Below, one piece after another: positions 28,066 to 37,900 of a stretch of 52,208 nucleotides of DNA. The notes beneath the pieces were generated by a model. It was not told where the DNA came from and ran no database searches. It saw only the letters and a program-made list of their open reading frames with translations. A program made the translations under genes and the position numbers. The DNA is taken from positions 1-52,208 of the IMG/VR virus record IMGVR_UViG_3300027782_000116. The stretch is one strand, 5' to 3'. This DNA comes from a virus. Lineage: Duplodnaviria > Caudoviricetes. The stretch's first letter is position 1. Each line of letters starts with the position of its first letter.

Positions 28066-28192
28066 ATTAAAAGATAAATAAAGATAAAAAAAGATAAAAT
28101 ACTATCTTTTAAGAGAAAAGTACGGAAATCTTTGCTAAAAACAAAGATATTTATTAGTTAAGAATAAAAATATTATAACCAAAAATTAATCA

Positions 28193-31090
28193 ATGGCAAA
28201 TTCAAACAGAGTATTCGTCTCACCAGGTGTGTATACATCAGAGAAGGATCTAACATTCGTGGCGCAAAGCGTCGGAGTTACAACATTGGGATTAGTTGGA
28301 GAAACCTTAAAAGGACCAGCTTTTGAACCAATCTTGATTTCAAATTTCGACGAATATAAAACATATTTTGGCGGCACGTTAGCTGCAAAAGATCCTTCTG
28401 GGAATCCAAAATATGAGCTACCTTACGTAGCAAAATCTTATTTACAAGAATCAAATCAATTATTTGTAACTCGTATCTTAGGATTAACTGGTTACTTACC
28501 AGGAAAATCTTACGGTATTAAAACATTAGGTGGTTTCGCACCAACAGGTACTGGCGCAACAATGTCAGATAAATGGGATAATTCAGTAATAACTGGATCA
28601 ACATCTGCTGACCTTGCTGTTACTTCATATTCTACTTTTACAGGAAGCACGCTTTATGCTGAGTTATCTGATAAGACAGCATTTGATGGGTCTACTGTAA
28701 CTGATTATATCTATTCAAATTTTAGTGGAGTTACAGGTGGTACAGATGGTTTATGGTTCGTAATTGGACAAATACCGGATTCAGAACTACCTATTGACGC
28801 AGCTAAAGAGGTTGTATCTGCAATGACGGGCGCATTATATGCCGACTCATCATATAACAAAAATTGGTATAATGTTTATAACAACGGAACTAATAAAGTT
28901 AACTCGTATGTTTTCACTTGGAATTTGGGTGACCGTAAATTTTCTGTAAAGAAAATAGAACACAATGCTACATTGGTTAATGACGGAACTGTGGTTGCTA
29001 CTTTAAGATCTCGTGGTGAATATGCTGCAAATGTATTAAATTATAGAGTAACTGGTTCTACACACGTACAAGTAACTGGCGCAAATATTGCAACAAACCC
29101 TCTTAGTGATTTCACATTAACTGTTACTGGTTATACTGGTAATGTTACTGACACAAAAACGTTTGCATGTTCTTTAGATATGTCATCAACAAAATACATC
29201 ACTAAAGTAATTGGTGTTGAAGTTTTTGATAAAGAAAAAGCAGAATATCCAATATATGTTCACGAAGCATATCCAAACCTAGTTAAAAATTTATTTGAAC
29301 AAGGTTTGATTAGAGGTTTGAGTACTGTTGAATATGTTAAAACTGAAGGAAATAACTTTAAAGGTGAATGGGAAACCCCAGGAACTTCAACTGTTGTTTC
29401 AGAGGTTAGAGGTGGTAAGGTTTCTGATCTTTTCCAAATATTAACGGTTTCTGACGGTAACGCAGCAAACTACAATGTAAAAGTAACAATTCAAAATTTA
29501 GATTTAGACACTGGTGAATTTGATATATTGGTACGTGATTATTTCGATAGTGATGATAATCAAGTAGTACTTGAAAAGTTCACAAGATGTACAATGAACC
29601 CAGATTTACCTGGATATGTTGCAAGAAAAGTTGGTACTTCTGATGGTGAATATGAATTAAGATCTAAACATATTATGTTAGTTCTTTCTGATGAAGCGCC
29701 TACAGACGCTATCCCAGCTGGTTTTAAAGGAATTACAACATACGGCCCATCTGGATCTACTGTTGGAGATATTACATATAAAACTAAATATTTTGATGCT
29801 GGGGAGACATTGTATTATGACGCATCAGGTATAGCACAAACAACAAATGGTGATAAAGTTAAGAAAGTAAGTTTAGGTTTCTCAACACAAGATCATTTCA
29901 CTTATGATGATGATTTATTAAAATACAAAGGTAAAGACGCGTCTAAGGCAACTAAAGGTTTCCACTTATCAGTTAATGCGGCAACAATTACTGGAACTTC
30001 TGGTGAAGCGTTGTTTACAACAACCGCATATGATTTAGAAGGTGTTGACAAAGATAAATTAGCAAAGGCGACATACCGTAAATTTACAATGCCAGTATTT
30101 GGTGGATTTGATGGTTGGGATATCTACAGAAGAACTAGAACATATGGTGATGGTTTCATCTTTGGTAAAACAACATATTCTGCTGGAAGTGATACTAATG
30201 GTGGTGTATTCAGTCACACAGGTGGTAACTCAGATTATTATGCTTACTTACAAGGAATTAACACATATGCTAACCCTGAAGCAATTGATATAAATCTATT
30301 TGCAACTCCAGGTATTAACTGGAACGATCATAGCTCATTAGTAAATCAAGCAATTGATATTATTGAGAATGATAGAGCAGATTCATTATATATCATTAAC
30401 TCACCAAACTTTACTGGCACAACCGGTACTGCTGAAGTGGTTTCTGCTATTCAAGATTTAGCATTGGATTCTAACTACTCAGCAACATATTGGCCTTGGA
30501 TTCAAGTAAGAGACACAGATAACGCAACACAACTTTATATCCCACCAACAGGTGAAGTATTAAAGAACATTGCCTTAACTGACAATGTAGCTTATCCTTG
30601 GTTCGCAGTCGCTGGTTACTCTAGAGGTATTGTTACTTCAATCAAAGCATCTAAAAAATTAACTTTAGATGATAGAGATGAATTATACAAGAATAGAATT
30701 AATCCAATTGCAACATTCTCTGATACAGGCACTATTATCTGGGGTAACAAAACGTTACAAGTTAGAGAATCAGCACTCGATAGAATCAACGTAAGAAGAT
30801 TATTATTGAGAGCAAGAAAGTTAATCTCTGCAGTAGCGGTAAGATTATTGTTTGAACAAAATGATGATCAGGTTAGACAAGAGTTCTTAAGATTGGTAAA
30901 TCCTATCTTAGAATCAATCAAGAAAGAAAGAGGTCTTTATGACTTCCGTGTAACAGTATCAAACGATCCTGAGGATATTGATGCTAACACATTAAGAGGT
31001 AAAATCTACGTTAAACCAACTAGAGCGTTGGAATTCATTGATGTAGAGTTTGTTATCACTCCAACTGGAGCTTCTTTTGAGAATGTTTAA
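28193..31090 (+). CDS. Contractile tail sheath protein (gp18-like)
   Basis: SPGVYTSEKDLT N-terminus; YPWFAVAGYSRG, RDELYKNRINPI, WGNKTLQ, DRINVRRLL, FEQND. Confidence 0.95.
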   Translation: MANSNRVFVSPGVYTSEKDLTFVAQSVGVTTLGLVGETLKGPAFEPILISNFDEYKTYFGGTLAAKDPSGNPKYELPYVAKSYLQESNQLFVTRILGLTGYLPGKSYGIKTLGGFAPTGTGATMSDKWDNSVITGSTSADLAVTSYSTFTGSTLYAELSDKTAFDGSTVTDYIYSNFSGVTGGTDGLWFVIGQIPDSELPIDAAKEVVSAMTGALYADSSYNKNWYNVYNNGTNKVNSYVFTWNLGDRKFSVKKIEHNATLVNDGTVVATLRSRGEYAANVLNYRVTGSTHVQVTGANIATNPLSDFTLTVTGYTGNVTDTKTFACSLDMSSTKYITKVIGVEVFDKEKAEYPIYVHEAYPNLVKNLFEQGLIRGLSTVEYVKTEGNNFKGEWETPGTSTVVSEVRGGKVSDLFQILTVSDGNAANYNVKVTIQNLDLDTGEFDILVRDYFDSDDNQVVLEKFTRCTMNPDLPGYVARKVGTSDGEYELRSKHIMLVLSDEAPTDAIPAGFKGITTYGPSGSTVGDITYKTKYFDAGETLYYDASGIAQTTNGDKVKKVSLGFSTQDHFTYDDDLLKYKGKDASKATKGFHLSVNAATITGTSGEALFTTTAYDLEGVDKDKLAKATYRKFTMPVFGGFDGWDIYRRTRTYGDGFIFGKTTYSAGSDTNGGVFSHTGGNSDYYAYLQGINTYANPEAIDINLFATPGINWNDHSSLVNQAIDIIENDRADSLYIINSPNFTGTTGTAEVVSAIQDLALDSNYSATYWPWIQVRDTDNATQLYIPPTGEVLKNIALTDNVAYPWFAVAGYSRGIVTSIKASKKLTLDDRDELYKNRINPIATFSDTGTIIWGNKTLQVRESALDRINVRRLLLRARKLISAVAVRLLFEQNDDQVRQEFLRLVNPILESIKKERGLYDFRVTVSNDPEDIDANTLRGKIYVKPTRALEFIDVEFVITPTGASFENV

Positions 31091-31113
31091 TTTGAGAAGA
31101 AATAGAAATAAAA

Positions 31114-31148
31114 AATGGGGTAGAGCGAAAGTTCTCCCCATTATTTTT
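31114..31148. terminator. Probably bidirectional intrinsic terminator after the sheath gene
   Basis: AATGGGG(T)AGAGC-GAAA-GTTCTCCCCATT hairpin with GNRA loop, A-tract before and T-rich tract after. Confidence 0.8.
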
Positions 31149-31369
31149 ATATGTAGTATTTATATATTATCAATAGTAGGTTATCTTTTAGTAGTTAGTA
31201 TTTATTCATTATTCTTAGTAATTAGTATGTTAGTATTAGTAATTAGAAATATAGTATGCAAAAAGCTAACGAAAAAAAATGACAAAGTCAAATAATATGG
31301 AAAAATAATTTATTTTAACTATTGATATATTTATAATAAGAATAAAACAAAAACTAATAACTATACAAA

Positions 31370-31858
31370 ATGGCAGATTTATTAATGAAAATGCCGGTTC
31401 CATATGAACCGAAACGTAAAAACCGATTTATCTTAAGATTCCCATCTTCATTGGGTATTAATGAGTGGTACATAACTTCGACTTCTCGTCCAAGTGCTAA
31501 GATTAAATCTGTAGAAATTCCTTTCTTAAACACATCAACTTACGTTGCTGGTCGTTTTGACTGGGAAGAGATTAAAGTACAATTTAAAGACCCAATTGGT
31601 CCTTCAGCTTCTCAAGCTCTTATGGAATGGTTCCGCTTACACGCAGAATCAGTTACAGGTAGAATGGGCTACGCGGCAGGATACAAGAAAGATGTGGAGC
31701 TTGAAATGCTAGATCCAACAGGAGTTGTAGTTGAAAAATGGATACTTCAAGGTTGTTTCTTAACAAGTTTGAACTTTGGTGATTTGAACTACTCTCAAGA
31801 TGAATTAGCAACAATTGATGCTTCATTGAGAATGGATAGATGTATTCAAGTTTACTAA
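31370..31858 (+). CDS. Tail tube protein (gp19-like)
   Basis: EPKRKNRF, YVAGRFDWEEI, YKKDVELEMLDPTG, W.LQGCF...NFGDLNY. Confidence 0.92.
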   Translation: MADLLMKMPVPYEPKRKNRFILRFPSSLGINEWYITSTSRPSAKIKSVEIPFLNTSTYVAGRFDWEEIKVQFKDPIGPSASQALMEWFRLHAESVTGRMGYAAGYKKDVELEMLDPTGVVVEKWILQGCFLTSLNFGDLNYSQDELATIDASLRMDRCIQVY

Positions 31859-31884
31859 TATTAAATTTCAAATAAAACTATATG

Positions 31885-31922
31885 AAATCCGTATACCTTT
31901 AGATAGGGTACGGATTTTTTAT
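31885..31922 (+). terminator. Intrinsic terminator after the tube gene
   Basis: AAATCCGTA...TACGGATTT stem followed by a T-run. Confidence 0.75.
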
Positions 31923-31929
31923 TTAAAAG

Positions 31930-31943
31930 GTTCCATGTGGAAC
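31930..31943. promoter_or_regulatory. parS-like palindrome GTTCCATGTGGAAC
   Basis: One mismatch from the GTTCCACGTGGAAC parS core; intergenic and GC-rich in AT-rich surroundings. Confidence 0.5.
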
Positions 31944-32006
31944 TATGACTTGATTTAATTTAAAAATTAGTGTATATTACTTAAAATAGAATAAAACTAA
32001 ATATAT

Positions 32007-32750
32007 ATGGAAAATTTTGACCCAAACATTGCATATGACGTAGTCCAACTACCTTCTCAAGGTATTCATTACGCAAATAACAAAAAATCAATAAAGGTGG
32101 CTTATTTAACTGCCGCAGATGAAAATATCTTAAATTCTCCAAATCTGGTTCAAAATGACATGGTTGTGGAGGAGTTATTAAGAAGAAAAATATTAGATAG
32201 GGATATTGATATTGATGACTTATCTAATGAGGATAGACAAGCGGTTTTAATATTTCTAAGAAATACGGCATTTGGTACTGAGTATACTGTTACATTAACA
32301 GACCCAAAAACAAAGCAAGAGTTTTCTATGGATATTGATTTATCAACTATTCCCGTTAAAGACTTTAATTTGAAAGCTAATGCAGCTGGAGAGTTTGAGT
32401 ATCATTTAAAATCAATAAATAAAAATATCACATTTAAGTTTTTAAATCAAAAACAAGAAACTGAGTTGGAAAAATTAAAAGTTTCCGGTTCAGGTAATCA
32501 AGTAGTTCCAGTTAATACAAAAAGACTGGAAATGATGATTAAGTCAATTGACGGTAATACCGATCAAATGTATATCTATCAATTCATTCAAAATTTACCA
32601 ATTAAAGACTCACAAGACTTTAAAAAGTTTGTTTCAGAAAATAAACCAGGGTTAAACCTGTTTGTCAATGTTATCGCCCCGTCAGGAGAAAAAGTCCCAG
32701 TTTTGGTTGACTTTGGGGTGGAGTTTTTTCGTCCCTTCTTCGGCCTATAA
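32007..32750 (+). CDS. Tail assembly chaperone / baseplate hub assembly protein (gp26-like)
   Basis: LPSQG..Y, YLTAADENIL, DRQAVLIFLRNTAFG.EY, C-terminal FGVEFFRP; lies between tube and tape measure genes. Confidence 0.75.
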   Translation: MENFDPNIAYDVVQLPSQGIHYANNKKSIKVAYLTAADENILNSPNLVQNDMVVEELLRRKILDRDIDIDDLSNEDRQAVLIFLRNTAFGTEYTVTLTDPKTKQEFSMDIDLSTIPVKDFNLKANAAGEFEYHLKSINKNITFKFLNQKQETELEKLKVSGSGNQVVPVNTKRLEMMIKSIDGNTDQMYIYQFIQNLPIKDSQDFKKFVSENKPGLNLFVNVIAPSGEKVPVLVDFGVEFFRPFFGL

Positions 32751-32874
32751 AAAAAGGCAAATGAACGAGATAGCGTTTCTATTAACTAAGGGCTTCACTT
32801 ACTTAGATGTCCTAATTATGCCCATACACGAAAGAGTTAATTATATTCATTTTTATAATGAACTAAATTCTTAA
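32728..32874 (+). CDS. +1-frame extension of the chaperone (GT/gpE'-like), or small ORF from ATG 32761
   Basis: EIAFLLTKGFTYLDVLIMPIHERVNY resembles chaperone C-terminal extensions; open frame overlaps TTTTTTCGT. Confidence 0.6.
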   Translation, partial: FVPSSAYKKRQMNEIAFLLTKGFTYLDVLIMPIHERVNYIHFYNELNS

Positions 32875-32891
32875 TTTTATATTTATAAGTT

Positions 32892-34880
32892 ATGGCTATA
32901 GACGTAAATAAACTTGTTAAAATAACTGAAAACCTAAGTCAGGGAAAATATTATCAAAATGCTGGTCAATATAGAACAGACTTAATTGATGCTGGATATA
33001 GTAGCTCAGAAGCAGCTAAGACAGCAAGTCAAGGAGCTGAATTAGGTAAAGCGGTAGCAAATAACTCAACTAGCTCTTCTAATAGCGCAGTTAAAAATTT
33101 ATCAGGTAAATTAGGTGGGGCGATTAAGGGTATTGGAGATATGGCATTTGCAACAGCATATGACACACAAAATTATAATAGAGCAATTGTTAGGGTAAGT
33201 GATATACAAGGAGCATTTAATACTGTTGTGGACAATGGTATTAATTTTCTTGCACAATTAAGTTCCGCGTTTGGCGGTATTACCGCATTATTAACAAAAG
33301 CAATAGGTGATGCGTTTGAAAGAGAAGGTAAATTATTAGAAGATATAACCACGAAAGGTGGAATGTCTGGTGATATGGCTAAAGGATTCTTAGAATCTGT
33401 AATGGCTATTGGGCCTGAAGCACAACGTCTTGGTATTAAATTTGATGATATAAGAGATGCAACAGCATCTATGTTGCAGAATAGTCAAAAATTCACAACA
33501 TATCAGGGAGAAACATTATTAACCGCATTAAAAGTTTCTGCGGCATACGGTCAAACAGCTAAATCTATACTTGAGAGTGCTGAAGGATATAGAAATATTG
33601 GTATTAGTTTAAGTGACGCATCTGAAATTATTGATGCGGTAGGTAAACGTTCTTTAGCACAAGGGTTAAGTGCAAGAGCAACAACAAAAACATTACAAGA
33701 AAATTTAGGTAAATTAAATGAATTTGGTTTTCAAAATGGTGTTCAAGGTTTAAGTAGAATGGTTCAACAAGCGCAAGCACTAAACTTTAAAATGGAAGAA
33801 ACATTTAAGGTGGCTGCTAAAGTGTTTGATCCAGAAGGTGCGATTTCGTTATCTGCTAATTTACAAGTAGTTGGTGGCGCTGTTGGTGATTTGGCAGATC
33901 CATTAAAATTAATGTATGATGCAACAAACAATGTTGAAGGATTACAATCAAGCATTTTAAAAGCGGCACAAAGTTTAGCAACATATAATGCCGAACAAGG
34001 TAGATTTGAAGTTACTGGCGCAAATTTAAGAAGAGCTAAAGCAATGGCAGATGCTCTTGGTATTTCAATGGACCAATTAACTAGTTCCGCTATTAAGGGC
34101 CAAGTCCAAATGCAAGCAATGAGTCAAATAGATTTATTTGATTTAAATGACGACCAAAAACAATTTGTTGCTAATTTAGCTTCAATGAAAGGTGGTGTTG
34201 TTGGGTTTGAATTACCAAAAGATTTACAAAAAGAATTAGATATAAATCAAAGTTTTATTGATGCTTCTTCATTGACCGGTACGCAAATGGCTAAAATAGC
34301 TGCAGCACAAGAAAGATTATCAAAACAAACAACAGAACAAACAATTAAAGATCAATACAATGTTGCAACACAATCACTTAACGCATTGAATTCAATTGCA
34401 ATGAATATTGGAAATATGGCTAGAAATACTGCAAAAGACAGTGGAGTATATAATGCGGTTATCAAAAAATTAGGTGGGTTAGACGAGATAGCAAAGAAAA
34501 CACCAGAAGAAATCGAGCAAGTGTATAATGAAGAGATTAATAAATTTGTGAACCCAACATTGGCCGCATTAAAAGATAAAGCAGATAAATTCATTGATGG
34601 GGCAGTTGAAGTTGGTGGTAAGGTAATTAATAAAACAAAAGAAGGTATTGATTATATTGGTGGGGAGGGAACATCAGAAAAAATAAAACAAAATGCAGAA
34701 GAATTATATGATAACACTAAGAAATTTATAATTGAACACTTATTCACGGTTAATATGAATAGTGGCACACCAGAAATGGCTGAAATGTTAGTAGGAGAAT
34801 TTAGAAGAAACCCTAAGGCATTATCTGATTTTGCTTCAATGGTAACAAAAGACAATAAAAAGTTCTTACAAAATAGTTAA
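32892..34880 (+). CDS. Tape measure protein
   Basis: Ala/Gly/Leu/Gln-rich helical protein directly after tube and chaperone. Confidence 0.75.
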   Translation: MAIDVNKLVKITENLSQGKYYQNAGQYRTDLIDAGYSSSEAAKTASQGAELGKAVANNSTSSSNSAVKNLSGKLGGAIKGIGDMAFATAYDTQNYNRAIVRVSDIQGAFNTVVDNGINFLAQLSSAFGGITALLTKAIGDAFEREGKLLEDITTKGGMSGDMAKGFLESVMAIGPEAQRLGIKFDDIRDATASMLQNSQKFTTYQGETLLTALKVSAAYGQTAKSILESAEGYRNIGISLSDASEIIDAVGKRSLAQGLSARATTKTLQENLGKLNEFGFQNGVQGLSRMVQQAQALNFKMEETFKVAAKVFDPEGAISLSANLQVVGGAVGDLADPLKLMYDATNNVEGLQSSILKAAQSLATYNAEQGRFEVTGANLRRAKAMADALGISMDQLTSSAIKGQVQMQAMSQIDLFDLNDDQKQFVANLASMKGGVVGFELPKDLQKELDINQSFIDASSLTGTQMAKIAAAQERLSKQTTEQTIKDQYNVATQSLNALNSIAMNIGNMARNTAKDSGVYNAVIKKLGGLDEIAKKTPEEIEQVYNEEINKFVNPTLAALKDKADKFIDGAVEVGGKVINKTKEGIDYIGGEGTSEKIKQNAEELYDNTKKFIIEHLFTVNMNSGTPEMAEMLVGEFRRNPKALSDFASMVTKDNKKFLQNS

Positions 34881-34906
34881 ATAACCTATTTATTATATAA
34901 ACATAG

Positions 34907-37900
34907 ATGCCAAGTTACTTAGATTTTAATTCGACCAAGAATTTTAGGGATTATCTCTTATCAAAGACGTTAAATTCACCTAATGGTCCGCAAACACAGA
35001 CTTCGCAAAGTTATAGTGTTAGTGCGTTATCTGATGTGGCAAATGTTGATCCAGGAACTGTTATAGATAACAGAATCGCTCAATTAACTAATTCATCTAA
35101 TTCAAACACATTTAAACCATTAGATTATCTTGTTAGAGAAACTTTTAGTGAAATACCTAGAAGAGCTAATTTAAATTTATATTTTGATGGTACACCATAT
35201 TTCAGTTTTGCTAATCATAATTTGATTGGTATTATGGCAACAGACAACTTTGATAGAGAATCAGAGTTAATGAAGTTCGCAGCACAAACAATTAAAACAG
35301 ACCCTAATGGGCCTGTTTTATCTAGAATACAACAAAACTTATTAACTGCAACAGTTGGTAAAGCAAGAATACTTGATGCACTTAATGGTAATACATCAAC
35401 AGCAATTAACATATTGACTGGTAGAGAACCATTAATTGAAAAGAATTATAAGATCACAGTAGCAAAAACATTGTTAGGTAAGGGTGTTGATTTTTTACAA
35501 ACAGTTGCTGGAGTTACTACACCATTTTCTGAAATTCCTGGGGATTATTTAAGTAACCCGGCTAACCCAATTAATGTTAGACCAGAAGCAAGTGGTGTTG
35601 GTAAATTATGGCAAGACGTTACTGGTGTTATTGGTTCATTAGTTGGAATACAAAGAAGGCCAAGAGTAAGTAGAAAACCATCAGACTTAATGATTGAATA
35701 TTTAAGTGATGGTCAGAAAAGTGCATTATATCATAATTTATCTTTTTCTAAATTTGCACCAAATTACACAACATCAGCTAGATCGCAACAATCAACTAAA
35801 TTATTTCAATTTGGTGATAAGTTTGCAGAAGGTGTTAAAACGTTATTAGGTATAGAAGCGCCTAGAGGTAAAGCATATATAGGTGACGATAGAGGAAATG
35901 ATGTTAAGTTTGCAATGAATGACTTTAATGATAGACCAATAAGAAGTCCTTATTATCTTTCATTAATGTTTGATCCGGTTGCTACGCAATTATTTCACAC
36001 AAGTAAAAATGTAACTCAAGGTGGACAAATATCTGGAAAACTTACTTGGATAAGTAGAAGTTCTGGAAATAAATTAGGTTTATATAATGAAGAGTATGGT
36101 TCAGAACAATCTAATTTATTAGATAGCTTTTCAACAGGTCGTACTTTTGCAGATGGTTCTTTATTAAGTAAAACACAACAATTATTAGATACGTTACCAA
36201 GAAACATTGGTGAAGCTAGATCACACGTTGCAAACGTAATTGATCAAACTAGTAGAGTATTTAAAGATGGTGATACAATGATATCAAGAGGTTCTGCTGT
36301 AAAATATATAAATAAGGGAACAGGTAAAGAAGATGGTTCGGAATTTTGTAGAGTATGGACTAAAGATAGAGCATACTTCAATTATTCTGATACAATGAAA
36401 AGAACTGGCACAATAAGAAAGATTGGTGATAGCGTAATGTCTACACCATGGAATCTTAATATTGCACCAAATTCAAACGGTAATCGTGGTTTTGACGGGT
36501 CAACAAATATTATTGATGGTCAAGCAAAAAAATATATGTTCTCAATTGAAAACCTAGCATGGAAAAGTTCAAATAAACCTGGGTTTACGTATAATGATTT
36601 ACCATATTGTGAAAGAGGACCTAATGGTGGTAGAGTTATGTGGTTTCCACCATATGATTTAAAGGTAAATGAAAACAATAATGCAAACTGGGAAGAGAAT
36701 AAATTTGTTGGCAGACCAGAACCAGTTTATACATACCAAAATACAACAAGAAGTGGAACGGTTAATTTTAAAGTTGTTGTAGATCACCCAAGCATTTTAA
36801 ATTTATTAATTAAAGATATTAGTGATGACCAAGCAGAAGACTTTTTAAATTCTTTTTTTGCTGGATGTGAAGATGTAGATTTTTATTCATTAGTTAGAAA
36901 GTATATTACATTAGATAGAACTGATTTAGAATTAATTATTGCATATCTAGAATATTATAAAGAGGGTAAAACATTTGACGAACATGATGCGTTAAAATTC
37001 ACGGATATTGCTGGTGAACAAACAACAACTCCGGGCCGTATAGTTGGCGGTCAAGATGGACAGGCAGGAACAACTGGTATTGGAAATCAATTTAATGATT
37101 TTCTTTATTTTCCAAATGATGTTCCATCACCTAATACTGATATTTATGCGTCAACAGATTATGGTAAAGTTTATGCTGATTATGCATCAACAACCAGTAA
37201 AGCTAAATTTATATCTGGATTATCTAGTGCATTAACTACTGTTTTAAATAATGATACAAAAAAGAATAAGGAAGATAGAAAAGTTCTTTTTGGTTCTGAA
37301 ACACCAACAGGGACTACAGTAGATTTAATTGCTAAAAAAGTTAGTGATATAAATAAAGGATTTACCAAACTAGACGCTAACTTTACTTCGTTAACCGGAG
37401 TAACTGAAAATATAAAAAAAGATCTAGAATCTAATAAAGTAAAGACAATCAATCTAACAATAGAATCATCAACATCTTTTGTTGCAGATGATAAGTATAA
37501 TATTAAATTAGCATACAGAAGATCTGACAGTGTTGCTAAACATGTTTTAAAAAGTATAACAAAAACGGGTTCTATACCTTCATATAAATGGAAAAAAAGT
37601 GTTGCGGATTTAAATTCTAATCCTGGTCAAGAAAGTGATGAGGTAATTATTAAAATGAAAGATCTAGGATATGGTGATGATAGAGAAGGTGATATGGTTA
37701 TTAAATTTACAAACTTAGGTGAAAAGGCAACAAGAAAATTAGATGACACATATGACTGTAATAAAGTTGAATTAAATAATACAACTGGTTTAAAATTATA
37801 CGCACCAATTACTTTTTTTTGTAGAGCGGCATCAGTTGATTTAAATTATACACTTAAGGCAGTTGATACTCCAGCTAAACCAGGTACAAAAGAACCAGAT

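Noticed and set aside
31050-31295. 81-aa ORF after the sheath gene
   Set aside because: Crosses a terminator and the low-complexity TAGTA tract, has a TTG start inside the sheath gene; likely spurious
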